Below, piece by piece: positions 35,555 through 45,788 of a stretch of DNA of 64,000 nucleotides (positions within the stretch are counted from its first letter, which is position 1; each line of letters opens with the position of its first letter). Made by a program: the position numbers and the translations under genes. The stretch covers positions 3,717,888 to 3,781,887 of the forward strand of contig OZ252032.1 in assembly GCA_965247655.1 (NCBI GenBank), given 5' to 3'. The notes under the pieces are model-generated. The model was given only the letters and a program-made list of their open reading frames with translations, made no database searches and had not been told where the DNA came from. Origin of the DNA: Candidatus Poribacteria bacterium (GTDB lineage Bacteria; Poribacteria; WGA-4E; PCPOR2b).

Positions 35555-36501
35555 TGGCTTCGTTATCCATACCGCACCGTCGTTTGGGGCGAACAGAATT
35601 GAGTATCCCTGTCGTTCCATTTGGAACACTGGGGTTCAGCAATCAGTTTGGATTCGTTTCCGACGAAGATGCGGTTGCCCTCATCAAACACGCCATCAGC
35701 CTTGGTGTTAATCACTTCGATGGTGCACGCTGCTACGGGGATTCAATGCGTAAGCTGGCACTGGCTATGAAGGAGATTCCTCGTGAGGATGTGATTATCA
35801 CTGGACGGGTTTGTTGTCATTCTGGAGCAGAATGGGGCGGATACGGCGAGGGAACGCCGGATTATTCTGCCGAGCGCGCAGTTGCAGATGTTGAAGATCA
35901 ATTGCAGTGGCTGGACATCGGCTATTTCGATGGAGTACTTATCCATGACCCTGCCCAAATTGAGCCAACACTTGAAAAAGGTGGGACACTGGAGGGCATC
36001 CTCCGATGCAAAACCCGTAGACTGACGAAGTTCGCTGGGTACGGTATGGGACCGCACGATTTCCACCTAAAGGCAATTGCTAGCGGCGATGTAGATTTCA
36101 TCTTGACCTTCAACAACTATAACCTGATCCGTCAGACCATTGCAGAGACAATCCTACCTGCCGCCACCCAAGCAGATGTTGGGGTGATGAACGGCTGGTC
36201 AATCCTGCGTGGGTTACTTACAGGAATCGACCTTGACACGGAAGCAGCCAAGGAACGGTGGAAGAATAGCCCCGATCTTGAACCCGCGAGGGCAAGGTGG
36301 TACTGGTGCATGGAAAGGGGAATAGATATGCTCCAATTGGCTATCCAATTCTGTCTGCGAGATGAGCGGATTCATGGAAATAACATCGGTTCGCTGAACC
36401 TCGAGCAGTTAGAGGCAAATGTGCGAGCCGCAAGCACACCTCTGCCTGATGAAGTGTGGGCAGAATATGATGCACGTTTTGAGAATAATATAACCACATA
36501 A
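35554..36501 (+). CDS. Aldo/keto reductase
   Basis: RRLGRTELSIPVVPFGT N-terminus and ...FDGARCYGDS.... ATAATG overlap with the upstream stop. Confidence 0.8.
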   Translation: MASLSIPHRRLGRTELSIPVVPFGTLGFSNQFGFVSDEDAVALIKHAISLGVNHFDGARCYGDSMRKLALAMKEIPREDVIITGRVCCHSGAEWGGYGEGTPDYSAERAVADVEDQLQWLDIGYFDGVLIHDPAQIEPTLEKGGTLEGILRCKTRRLTKFAGYGMGPHDFHLKAIASGDVDFILTFNNYNLIRQTIAETILPAATQADVGVMNGWSILRGLLTGIDLDTEAAKERWKNSPDLEPARARWYWCMERGIDMLQLAIQFCLRDERIHGNNIGSLNLEQLEANVRAASTPLPDEVWAEYDARFENNITT

Positions 36502-36548
36502 CCGGAACCTTCACGAAGGTAAAACCTAAGAAGATTGGAGAAACTATT

Positions 36549-37547
36549 ATGGCGAAATATCAAGTTGGTGTGATTGGATGTAGAGGTATCGGCGTCAGAC
36601 ATACGTCTGGTTTGGTAGGGCTACCCAATGCGGAGTTGGCTGCTGCGTGCGATATATTAGATACCACACTCGCAGACTTCAAGGAGCAGTGGAAAGACCA
36701 TTGGTCAGACATTGCGCTCTACACGGACCACCAAGAGATGCTGGCGAAGGAAAACTTAGACATTGTCACGGTGGCGACCTCTGATCATCGACATGCAGAT
36801 CTGGTGGTCAACGCTGCCAATGCCGGCGCGAAGGGGATTTTTTGCGAGAAACCGATGGCAACCAATCTCGCCGATGCTGACCGTATGCTCGAAGCGGTTG
36901 AGCGTAACGGTACAATTCTGTCTATTGACCACACCCGACGATGGCAACCTCTATGGCGGCATACGAAGGAAGAGATCGTTGGAGCCGGCGAGATTGGGGA
37001 GGTGAAGTATATCATCGGCACACTGAACGGGGGTCGTGCCATGCTATTCCGAAACGGTACCCACCTCATTGATGCAATCTGCTACTATGCGGATTCCGAC
37101 CCGGAGTGGGTCATTGCGGAATTGGAAACGGGGTACGAAGACTATTGGGAATATCGGGGAGATGGTGGACACGAACCCAAGACGGAACCCGCTGCGAGCG
37201 GTTACATCCATTTCGCAAACGGTGTCCGTGGATACTACGCCGGTGGATCTAAGGATACGCCTGCCCCTGGCTTTCGGCTTGAGATTGTCGGTACAACGGG
37301 ATATGTCCTTATTGATAACGAAAAAGCGAGCCTTGAAAAGGATGGCACCTCTCAACCCATAACGCCGCCCACGTGGGAGGTCGAGGGAATACCCGCTGGC
37401 GTCCAAGAACTGGTGCGTATAATCGCTGAAGGTGGAGAATCCTCATCATCGGGCAGAGACGGGCACAAGGTTGTGGAGATTATGATCGGTTTCTTGGAAT
37501 CCCAACGCCGGGATAACGGAAAGGTCACAATACCCGGACCACGTTAA
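36549..37547 (+). CDS. Gfo/Idh/MocA-family oxidoreductase
   Basis: KYQVGVIGCRGIGVRH Rossmann motif and an EKPMA block. Confidence 0.85.
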   Translation: MAKYQVGVIGCRGIGVRHTSGLVGLPNAELAAACDILDTTLADFKEQWKDHWSDIALYTDHQEMLAKENLDIVTVATSDHRHADLVVNAANAGAKGIFCEKPMATNLADADRMLEAVERNGTILSIDHTRRWQPLWRHTKEEIVGAGEIGEVKYIIGTLNGGRAMLFRNGTHLIDAICYYADSDPEWVIAELETGYEDYWEYRGDGGHEPKTEPAASGYIHFANGVRGYYAGGSKDTPAPGFRLEIVGTTGYVLIDNEKASLEKDGTSQPITPPTWEVEGIPAGVQELVRIIAEGGESSSSGRDGHKVVEIMIGFLESQRRDNGKVTIPGPR

Positions 37548-37573
37548 CGCTAAAGTATTGGGCGACATTGAGA

Positions 37574-37748
37574 TAACTTAAGTTGCCATTTATAGGGTAA
37601 GCACCGACTTGGCTAAATGAGAACTGAAGCAAGAAAATTACCGCTCGCAGTGGATTGACAAATCCACTGCACATACACAGAAACGGCTTGGATATGTCTA
37701 TCCAAGCCGAGCGGATTTGATAGCCCGATAGATAGCAACTTAGGTTAA
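37574..37748 (-). mobile_element. MITE-like element (family C, inverted copy)
   Basis: Ends are TAACTTAAGTTGCCA (37574-37588) and GATAGCAACTTAGGTTAAG (37731-37749). The core ACGGCTTGGATATGTCTATCCAAGCCGAGCGG matches 32350-32567 in reverse orientation. Confidence 0.65.
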
Positions 37749-37766
37749 GATATAGCAGGGGGAATA

Positions 37767-38666
37767 ATGGCAGGACTAGAAACCCGACGGATGGGACGCA
37801 CTGAGATGCGACCAAAGTCACTCGGTTTAGGCGCTGCTTGGTTGGCGCAAGGATCCGAAACTGAAACGATTGATGCTATCCATCACGCGATTGAATTGGG
37901 TATCAATTATCTGGACACGTACCCCCGTCAAGCAGAGGAACGTTGGGGTAAGGCACTTGCCGGTGGTCTGCGGGAAAAAATCTATCTGCAAGCCAAGGTC
38001 AGTCCTCCGGGTCCAAATAAAGACTACTCCGGCGACACCACACGTCGGAGCGTGGAGAACAGCCTCAAGCAGCTCCAAACCGATTACTTAGATTCAGTCC
38101 TTATCCACGATCCGATCGCGATTGAAGATCCCTTGGGACCGGGTCGTGCGCTGGACGAGTTACTGAAAATGAAGGAGGAGGGGCTTGTTCAACATATCGG
38201 CCTCGGCGTCCGTCAACACGAGTTTCATCGGGTCGCGATTGAAACCGGCCACATCGAGGTCGTTCTCACATTTCTTGACTACAATCTGCTCGACCAATCA
38301 GTAGCCCAAACAACGCTGCCGTTAGCCCGTGAATATGATGTAGGCATCATTCTCGCAAGCCCGCTCGGTATGGGATCCTTGACCGGCGTGGAGCCGGATA
38401 TGGAAACGGATCGGCGTCGTTACCCCGGTTCCATGCCGAAGGCACACATGATGTGGGAATGGTGCCAAGAGCGCGGCGTAAACATCCGCCATCTCGCGAT
38501 GCAATTTTGCTTGGCTGCTCCCGTAGACGGTATTGTGATGGTGGGTCCCGCTAATAAAGTGCAGGTTGAGGAAGCATACGAAGCAGCTACTGCAAACGTC
38601 CCGCCTGAAATCTGGCGTGACTTTGAAGCAGAATTCGGTGTGCGCCCAGCGAACCTAGAAGATTGA
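37767..38666 (+). CDS. Aldo/keto reductase
   Basis: RRMGRTEMRPKSLGLGAAW N-terminus and LDTYPRQAEERWG. Confidence 0.8.
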   Translation: MAGLETRRMGRTEMRPKSLGLGAAWLAQGSETETIDAIHHAIELGINYLDTYPRQAEERWGKALAGGLREKIYLQAKVSPPGPNKDYSGDTTRRSVENSLKQLQTDYLDSVLIHDPIAIEDPLGPGRALDELLKMKEEGLVQHIGLGVRQHEFHRVAIETGHIEVVLTFLDYNLLDQSVAQTTLPLAREYDVGIILASPLGMGSLTGVEPDMETDRRRYPGSMPKAHMMWEWCQERGVNIRHLAMQFCLAAPVDGIVMVGPANKVQVEEAYEAATANVPPEIWRDFEAEFGVRPANLED

Positions 38667-38689
38667 ACTACCCAATGAACGGAATCGGA

Positions 38690-39481
38690 TTACATTGAAA
38701 CGATCTTCCGCATCCGTTCAGCGAGGTCAACCTGAGCGGCGTGGTTGCCGCCAACTTCGTGGATGACAGGACCATCGTATCCAATTGCGCGGAGTTCATG
38801 AACCACAGTGTGCCAGTCGGTATCGCCATCGAGTAGATTGACGAATTGATGTGCCTGTCGGTCAAAGTCCTTAAAATGAACGCGCCGAATCCGAGTCCCT
38901 AATTCACGAATCCAATGCTCAGGATAGCCGTAAGCCATCATATTCGCGGTGTCAAGGTAGACCCCTACCCATTCGCTTCCAACCTCATCGACAAAGTCGC
39001 GCATTTCTTTCGGACTCAGTAGAAATTTATTCCACACATTTTCGAGCCCAATTGAGGCTTTGTTGCGGGCAGCAATCGGAGCGGTCTCTTTCAGAATAGC
39101 GATCAGATTATCCCAAACGGATTGATAGGTGTCGGAAACAGTAAGCTGTCCGGGGTGCAGGAGGATTCCGCCCACGCCGAGTATGCCTGCGATTTCGAGG
39201 TTGCGGACGAGGGATTTGACACCGCTCTCCCGCTCCTCTGCGTCCGGACTGAGTAGATTTCCACGGTCTGCATAGCTAGCGATGACGCTGCCAATTTCAA
39301 CTCCCGCCTCCTTGCACTTCTCACCGACACTCTCAATTTCGGATGTGCTCATGTCCGCATTCAGATCTTTTCCGTCTCGGAACGTCAACTCCACTGCTTC
39401 ATAGCCCGCATCCTGACAGAGGTTGAGTGTGTCGTCTAGCGACATTGCCCCAAGAATAATTTGTGTTACACCGATTTTCAT
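38690..39481 (-). CDS. Sugar-phosphate isomerase/epimerase (xylose-isomerase-like TIM barrel)
   Basis: 263 aa with the typical ...GYEAVEL..., ...LLHPG..., ...LENV... and ...HFKD... blocks. Confidence 0.8.
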   Translation of the reverse strand: MKIGVTQIILGAMSLDDTLNLCQDAGYEAVELTFRDGKDLNADMSTSEIESVGEKCKEAGVEIGSVIASYADRGNLLSPDAEERESGVKSLVRNLEIAGILGVGGILLHPGQLTVSDTYQSVWDNLIAILKETAPIAARNKASIGLENVWNKFLLSPKEMRDFVDEVGSEWVGVYLDTANMMAYGYPEHWIRELGTRIRRVHFKDFDRQAHQFVNLLDGDTDWHTVVHELRAIGYDGPVIHEVGGNHAAQVDLAERMRKIVSM

Positions 39482-39530
39482 GTTCGCCTCCAGTTTGTAG
39501 TGGGTAACAACGATCGTTGTTCCCTACGGC

Positions 39531-40751
39531 TCAATAATGATCTGGTCCCCAGAAAATGACTTCCTGTTGCGGAAACAGAATTGACAATAGAGATGCGATT
39601 CCCGTCTCCACCGCAATCCCCTGTTGATCCAAGGTCGGTTCAAGTTGCTCCCAACTTGATTCACCGAGCAGTGCCCGCCAAAAGAGGTGCCCCGGCAACG
39701 CCAGACGAATCGCCCTTTCAGCCGGGTCAAAGGTTTGAAGCGTCCCATCCTCAAGCAGGCGCAACCCCGTCTCTTGATCGTTCACGGCAAAGCAGATTGA
39801 GACAGGGGGGAATTTCTGATTCGCTGCATCGAGTCGGGCTTGTAGTTCAGGTAGAAGCCGCTGGAGCAAAGCAGGGAGATTTACAGGATATAGCATCATG
39901 GCAGAATTGCCGGTTAAGAAGGTATCTCCCGCTGTCCCTTCAACGATCAGATCGACCATTGGGTGTCGATGCGGAATATCGCCGTAGAGTTCCTCCACTC
40001 CCTCTCGTTCACACACTTGAAGCAGATGACTCACCAACGCCGTTAAGGCTTGCGGTTGTGTTCGGTCATGTGCAACTTCGAGGATGTTTGCGCTTTTTTC
40101 GCCCACCTGAAAGTTGAGGTAGCCTCCAAGCCTGTCCCCATGTCGAGCGACGAGCGTCGGCAAGATCTCTCGTAGCCGTGCGGGACCGCTATTCCAATAG
40201 GACTGTGTGCGCACAAGTGATCCGCTCTGCTGGGCGTTGTGCTTATCGTAAAGGGCGATGGCTGGCTCCAGATCTCGCCCTTCGTCGAAAGGCTCAACGT
40301 GCCACTCTGTTTCTCCCAAACCAATGTTTCGCCTCCGAGTCACTCGAAAGCCTGCTAACGGCACACTTGCCCACCCCAACTTCCGATAAAATGCGCACGG
40401 AATAGCCGAAAAGAGTACCCCAACGTCATAGCCAACCGTCCGCATGTAGGCAATTGTATCCTTCATCAACGCTGTGGCATAACCAGCCCCTTGATGGTCG
40501 AGGTGTGTACCTACACCCCCAATTCCCCCCATAGGTATGGCGATAGAGCCAATCCGCATTTCGCGTTCCCAGACACGGAGGGTCGAGACAATTCGCCCGT
40601 TCACCACTAGGATGCGAGATTGGTCATATCGGTAACTTGGATCAGTGTGAACATATTTCTGGTATCGCTCATGCCCATCCGGTCGAAAAACCCGGCATTG
40701 CAAGTCAATCATTTCCGCTAATTCTGATTCACGGACACCACGAATTTCCAT
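39531..40751 (-). CDS. GNAT acetyltransferase, Eis-like three-domain type
   Basis: GGVGTHLDHQGAGYATALM acetyl-CoA loop and a ~400-aa length with a C-terminal extension. ATG at 40751 (GGAGGAATCC-ATG) is preferred to the upstream TTG at 40814. Confidence 0.7.
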   Translation of the reverse strand: MEIRGVRESELAEMIDLQCRVFRPDGHERYQKYVHTDPSYRYDQSRILVVNGRIVSTLRVWEREMRIGSIAIPMGGIGGVGTHLDHQGAGYATALMKDTIAYMRTVGYDVGVLFSAIPCAFYRKLGWASVPLAGFRVTRRRNIGLGETEWHVEPFDEGRDLEPAIALYDKHNAQQSGSLVRTQSYWNSGPARLREILPTLVARHGDRLGGYLNFQVGEKSANILEVAHDRTQPQALTALVSHLLQVCEREGVEELYGDIPHRHPMVDLIVEGTAGDTFLTGNSAMMLYPVNLPALLQRLLPELQARLDAANQKFPPVSICFAVNDQETGLRLLEDGTLQTFDPAERAIRLALPGHLFWRALLGESSWEQLEPTLDQQGIAVETGIASLLSILFPQQEVIFWGPDHY

Positions 40752-40874
40752 GGATTCCTCCAAATAATCGCTATCACTATAAATTGACTCCTTAAACGAG
40801 AGTTCATCAGGCAACGCTTCAAAATTGACCGGAATTTTCTAATTGGAGGCGGCAAAAGATAGGCTCACCATCAT

Positions 40875-41558
40875 CTATACAACAAGGCTGATATTTGAGC
40901 GACGCTTAATCAGGACCGTTACAATGGAGATTGCAATGACAATCCCGAAAGCCCAAAACAGGATTTTGATCGTGCCTGTTGCCTCATCCCCAAGATAGGA
41001 GTACAAAATCGTTGCAGGCAGTTGCCCAATTCCTGTGGCGAGCCAGAATCCGAGAAATCTCATGCCGGTCAGCCCCGATCCGTAGCTAATTACATCGAAT
41101 GAGATAATAGGGACTAAGCGCGCAATGAGCACCGCATGTTTGCCATAGCGTTCAAAAAATCGATCAGAAGCATCAAGAGCGAATTCGCTGGTCAGCTTGA
41201 CGACAGCAGGGCGGCCAAAGTATCGAGCGATAAAAAAACAGAGGGCAGCACCCAACATCGCACTGCTCCACGACAATGCGGTACCCCACCATACGCCGAA
41301 TAGCAGCCCGTTAGCGAAGGTAATCAGGAAAGCGGGCAACGGCGCGGCAACACTCTGGAGTATCATGAGGAGCGCGGAAACTGCTGGAGCCAGGGGACCA
41401 TAAGCGGCAATGTATTCCCGCATCGCCTGTGGATCTTTAAAGAGCTCAAAGATGCTCACGAGCCAATCGTGGAAGGAGGGAACAGCAAAAAATAGAAGGA
41501 GGAAGACAGCTGCGGCGAGGAGTATTATTTTGGCTTTGATGGTGTTCAATGGACTCAC
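40875..41558 (-). CDS. TVP38/TMEM64 (DedA-related, VTT-domain) membrane protein
   Basis: Polytopic, with LPAFLITFANGLLFGVWWGTALSWSSAMLGAALCFFIARYFGR. GTG start overlaps the upstream stop (GTGA). Confidence 0.7.
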   Translation of the reverse strand: MSPLNTIKAKIILLAAAVFLLLFFAVPSFHDWLVSIFELFKDPQAMREYIAAYGPLAPAVSALLMILQSVAAPLPAFLITFANGLLFGVWWGTALSWSSAMLGAALCFFIARYFGRPAVVKLTSEFALDASDRFFERYGKHAVLIARLVPIISFDVISYGSGLTGMRFLGFWLATGIGQLPATILYSYLGDEATGTIKILFWAFGIVIAISIVTVLIKRRSNISLVV

Positions 41559-42697
41559 AATTCCTCGCGCTCTTCCTCATCGCTGTAGGGCTCCTCCGCC
41601 CCGATAAGATCGGAATTCAAAGCAACTGGCAAGGGGATCACATCCTCTGTGCTGACAGATATGGAAAGCGTATCACCGACATTTTTACCATGTGTTCTTG
41701 GATTGTACAGCACCGCTTTCGCTGTTAATTCATCGGCGAGTGCCAGGTGATATTCCTCGATACGTCCCAGATAGGTCGCGTTGAGGACCTTCGCGCTAAG
41801 TTGGTTTGGCCCCCCTTCAGCAATTTCTTCGTCGAAGCGGATCGACTCTGGACGGATGCAGCAAGTCACCGCTTCACCGTTTGTGAAATCGTGGTAGATT
41901 GTCGTTGAGTGCAACACGCCGATTTCCGTTTCAATCTCGGCAGTTCCATTGGACAATGATTGAATCTTACCACTGATAAAATTGGTTTCGCCGATAAAAC
42001 TAGCGACAAACGGATTAGTAGGGAACCGATAGATTTCACGGGGGGTGCCGACCTGGACAATTGAGCCATCTTTCATGACCGCCATCCGGTCTGCGAGATG
42101 GATAGCTTCTTGCTGATCGTGTGTCACATAAACGGCGGTGGCACCGGCTTGTGAATGGATCCGCTTAATTTCTTGACGCATTTCAAGCCGTAGTTTCGCG
42201 TCGAGGTTGCTTAACGGTTCATCAAGGAGCAATACATCCGGTTCCACGACGAGGGCGCGTGCCAAGGCTATTCGCTGCTGCTGTCCGCCGGAGAGCTTGT
42301 TGACAGGGCGATCGGCGTACTCTGGCATCTGTACCACTTCCAAGACTTCGTGGACTTTTTTCGTGCGGGTATCCTTATCAATCTTGCGAAGTGACAGACC
42401 ATATTCGACATTCTCAAAGACAGTCATGTGGGGCCAAAGCGCGTAATTCTGGAACACCATCCCGGTGTTCCGCTTATGCGGTGGCACTCTGCTCATCTCC
42501 CGATCACCAAACATTAATTTCCCGCTATCCGGTTCATAGAACCCCGCGAGAATACGCAGACAGGTGGTCTTTCCACACCCCGATGGACCGAGCAGAAAAA
42601 ACAGTTCACCTTTCCGAATTTCAAGGCTGACATCATTCACAGCGATTGTGGTATCAAAGGCTTTTACGATATGATCTAAACGGACTTCAACGGACAA
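41555..42697 (-). CDS. ABC-transporter ATP-binding protein (PotA/MalK-type with C-terminal TOBE-like domain)
   Basis: Walker A GPSGCGKTT, signature LSGGQQQR, Walker B LLLDEP. TTG start 7 nt after GGGAGGAAG. Confidence 0.9.
   Translation of the reverse strand: MSVEVRLDHIVKAFDTTIAVNDVSLEIRKGELFFLLGPSGCGKTTCLRILAGFYEPDSGKLMFGDREMSRVPPHKRNTGMVFQNYALWPHMTVFENVEYGLSLRKIDKDTRTKKVHEVLEVVQMPEYADRPVNKLSGGQQQRIALARALVVEPDVLLLDEPLSNLDAKLRLEMRQEIKRIHSQAGATAVYVTHDQQEAIHLADRMAVMKDGSIVQVGTPREIYRFPTNPFVASFIGETNFISGKIQSLSNGTAEIETEIGVLHSTTIYHDFTNGEAVTCCIRPESIRFDEEIAEGGPNQLSAKVLNATYLGRIEEYHLALADELTAKAVLYNPRTHGKNVGDTLSISVSTEDVIPLPVALNSDLIGAEEPYSDEEEREEL
41597..41629 (-). repeat. Copy of the CCCGATAAGATCGG/CAAAGCAACTGG repeat module lying inside the ABC ATPase reading frame
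   Basis: CCGCCCCGATAAGATCGGAATTCAAAGCAACTGG matches 17228-17260 at 32/33. Translated in frame as ...PVALNSDLIGA.... Confidence 0.8.
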
Positions 42698-42743
42698 TGG
42701 TCAACTTCCTCCCGTTTGTTGATGTCACAAGCTAGCAGTTTTC

Positions 42744-43544
42744 TCAATGTTCCCCATCAAACTCTGACCGAATCAAGCTCCCAATTCGGGTGAATCGAAT
42801 ACCATTGATAATCTTCCAAACCTCCCAAGGTCTTTTCTGATTGAACGCGTCGTAAGACCAATAGACCATGAAGGCTTGCCCCTTAATATCGTTCACAGAC
42901 ACGGTACCCCATGTTCGGCTGTCGCTGCTTTGGTCCCGATTATCTCCCATTGCAAAAACATACCCCTCTGGTACTTCAAACGGTCTACCATCTGGAAATG
43001 TCATGTGGAACTGATTCGGCGAGAGCTTATAAGGCGCGAAAACATTGTCATTGGGTAAATGGTACGGCTTGCGGAAGGGTGGGAAATCGTACCGATGGCC
43101 GATGGCGTGGGACACATGTTTTGTATAGGCGCTATCTTCGACTGCTGCCCCGTTGACGTAGAGTGTGTCCCCCTTTGTCTCAATCGTGTCGCCTCCAACT
43201 GCGACGATACGCTTGATAAAATTCTTGGTTCGCTCGTGCGGGGGAACGAATACAAATACATCTCCTTTTGCAGGTTTATGAAAGTCAAAGAGTTTAACTT
43301 CCGTTCCCGGAATGTTGATGCCATAGATAAATTTGCAGACAAGGATGCGATCGCCAACAAGCAAGGTCTCTTCCATAGAACCGGACGGAATTTTGAACGC
43401 CTCAACGACAAAGGGACGAATAAATCCAAAGACAAGCACGAAAGCCACCACGATAACTTGAAGGTATTCCCATACCACGGTTTGTTGGAATCTCTGCCAT
43501 CGTGAAGGTACTTCTTCGTGTGTATCTACCAATGTTTCATTCAT
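42744..43544 (-). CDS. lepB: Signal peptidase I
   Basis: IPSGSMEETL (catalytic Ser), KRIVAVGGD (catalytic Lys box), GDNRDQSSDSR. I start at ATG 43544 (AAGAGGTGA RBS). The ORF-track extension to 43613 reads through a repeat element. Confidence 0.9.
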   Translation of the reverse strand: MNETLVDTHEEVPSRWQRFQQTVVWEYLQVIVVAFVLVFGFIRPFVVEAFKIPSGSMEETLLVGDRILVCKFIYGINIPGTEVKLFDFHKPAKGDVFVFVPPHERTKNFIKRIVAVGGDTIETKGDTLYVNGAAVEDSAYTKHVSHAIGHRYDFPPFRKPYHLPNDNVFAPYKLSPNQFHMTFPDGRPFEVPEGYVFAMGDNRDQSSDSRTWGTVSVNDIKGQAFMVYWSYDAFNQKRPWEVWKIINGIRFTRIGSLIRSEFDGEH

Positions 43545-43563
43545 AAGTATGTCACCTCTTAAT

Positions 43564-43845
43564 GTAACGCAAGTTGCTAGACAACCTGTAGGTCGAGCTT
43601 TCATACCCGACACCTATCAGAAATAACCAAATTTACGACACACATGTCGCCCCGCCCCGATAAATCGGGATTCAAAGCAACTGGGGCTTGGGGAATTGGT
43701 TTACCGATGTGCTATACACATATCGCCCCTCTGGGGCTTTGTAGGTCGAGCAAGTCCGAGAAGATCCCGTGACCGGGGATGACCAACCTACGGGTATAAG
43801 GGTCAACTTTATTGCGCCGCACATCATTAGCAACTGAGGTTAGTG
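43564..43845 (+). mobile_element. MITE-like element (family B) inserted between lepA and lepB
   Basis: Ends are GTAACGCAAGTTGCTAG and TTAGCAACTGAGGTTAG. Flanked by TTAATGTAA (43559-43567) and TTAGTGTAA (43840-43848). Homologous to 17184-17342 but with expanded internal hairpins. Confidence 0.7.
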
Positions 43846-43849
43846 TAAA

Positions 43850-45652
43850 TTATTCATCAATTGACAAAATTGCCATAAATGCTTCCTGTGGCACCTCGAC
43901 ATTCCCAATCTGTTTCATCCGTTTTTTGCCCTCCTTTTGCTTTTCGAGCAGCTTCCGCTTGCGGGTGACGTCACCGCCATAAAGTTTTGCTGTCACGTTC
44001 TTCCGTAAAGCACGGATGGTTTCACGCGCAATCACTTTATGCCCGATTGCCGCTTGGATGGGTACGGTAAACATCTGCTGTGGAATAACTTCTCTCAATT
44101 TTTCTACCAACGCGTTTCCTCGACCGTAAGCCATGTCACGGTGAACAATCGTTGAGAGGGCATCAACCGGTTTTTCATTGAGTAAAATGTCCAGTTTCAC
44201 GAGATCTGCGGGTTTGTACTCACCAATTTCGTATTCAAGCGAACCATAACCGCGCGTCAATGATTTGAGTTTGTCGTAGAAATCAAGGAGAATCTCGCCC
44301 AAGGGCAGATCGTAACTGATTTGTACACGGGTTACATCGAGCTGATCCATGCGAATGAAGATGCCCCGTCGCTTTTGACACAAATCCATCACATTTCCGA
44401 TGTAGTCTCGCGGTACAATAATATCAGCGGTGATGTGAGGTTCCGCAATGTAATCAATCTGATCAACGGGAGGCACCTTCGCAGGATTATCGACTTCAAC
44501 GCACTCACCATCTCGTTGGATGACACGGTACTTAACGCTCGGTGAGGTGCGGACAAGGGAGAGGTCAAATTCGCGTTCAAGCCGTTCTTGGATAATCTCC
44601 ATGTGCAGCAATCCTAGGAAACCACACCGAAAGCCGAACCCAAGCGCGACAGAAACTTCAGGCTCAAATCTGAAAGAATCATCGTTGAGTTTAAGCCTTT
44701 CGAGCGCCTCTCTCAACGACCCAACCGCGCTGGTGTCCGCTGGATATAGCCCACAAAACACAAGCGGCTTCATTTCGCGGTAGCCGGGCAGCGGTGCTGA
44801 TGTTGGTTTTGTGTGGTCGGTAATCGTTTCACCAATCTTCGCGTCTGCTATATCTCGAACCCCGGCAACCACATAACCGACTGAACCGGTTGATAGCCCC
44901 TCAACTGGTTTCATGTGTGGCAGGAAAACGCCGACCTCCTCGACTTCGTAAGCGCTGCTCGCTGCCATCAAACGGATTTTGTCGCCTATCTTCACATTTC
45001 CATCAAAAACGCGCACATACATGACGACGCCCCGATAGCTGTTGTACACCGAATCAATGACTAGTGCCTTTAGAGGACCACCGATATCTCCTTTTGGCGA
45101 AGGGATTCGATCCACAATTGCTTCCAATATCTCCTGTGTGCCGATATTTTCTTTTGCACTCACTAAAACCGCTTCGTCTGCGGGGATGCCGACAACTTCT
45201 TCTATCTGTCGTTTGACCTCATCAGGACGCGCTGTCGGGAGATCGATTTTGTTGATAACGGGAATAATCTCAAGGCCGTGGTCAATTGCGAGATAAGCAT
45301 TTGCTAGCGTCTGTGCCTCTACACCTTGGGCGGCATCGACGATTAAAATGGCTCCCTCACACGCTGCGAGGCTCCGCGACACTTCGTAAGTGAAATCAAC
45401 GTGCCCAGGGGTGTCAATCAGGTTCAGCTCGTAGAGATCCCCATCCGTAGCGCGATAATCGAGTTTCACAACGGTCGCTTTAATGGTGATGCCACGCTCG
45501 CGCTCAAGATCCATCAGGTCCAAAACCTGCTCGCGCATCTCACGGGGCGTCAACGTGCCGGTGTATTCCAAAAGGCGATCACTGAGTGTGCTTTTGCCGT
45601 GGTCTATATGTCCTAAAACGCAGTAGTTTCGTATTTTTTGTTGGTTATTCAT
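43850..45652 (-). CDS. lepA: Translation elongation factor 4
   Basis: [21 protein letters not shown]1 motif, [13 protein letters not shown]. 600 aa. Confidence 0.95.
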   Translation of the reverse strand: MNNQQKIRNYCVLGHIDHGKSTLSDRLLEYTGTLTPREMREQVLDLMDLERERGITIKATVVKLDYRATDGDLYELNLIDTPGHVDFTYEVSRSLAACEGAILIVDAAQGVEAQTLANAYLAIDHGLEIIPVINKIDLPTARPDEVKRQIEEVVGIPADEAVLVSAKENIGTQEILEAIVDRIPSPKGDIGGPLKALVIDSVYNSYRGVVMYVRVFDGNVKIGDKIRLMAASSAYEVEEVGVFLPHMKPVEGLSTGSVGYVVAGVRDIADAKIGETITDHTKPTSAPLPGYREMKPLVFCGLYPADTSAVGSLREALERLKLNDDSFRFEPEVSVALGFGFRCGFLGLLHMEIIQERLEREFDLSLVRTSPSVKYRVIQRDGECVEVDNPAKVPPVDQIDYIAEPHITADIIVPRDYIGNVMDLCQKRRGIFIRMDQLDVTRVQISYDLPLGEILLDFYDKLKSLTRGYGSLEYEIGEYKPADLVKLDILLNEKPVDALSTIVHRDMAYGRGNALVEKLREVIPQQMFTVPIQAAIGHKVIARETIRALRKNVTAKLYGGDVTRKRKLLEKQKEGKKRMKQIGNVEVPQEAFMAILSIDE

Positions 45653-45788
45653 TGAGTATAGGGAATTGCAATCCTTATGTTAAAAAATATGGTCTTTGTT
45701 TTTGACGACTGAATGCGTGATTGCGTTGAATCCATCGTTAATTCTTAAATCTATGTTTCGTGCTTAACGGACCACGTTTCACGTAGTT

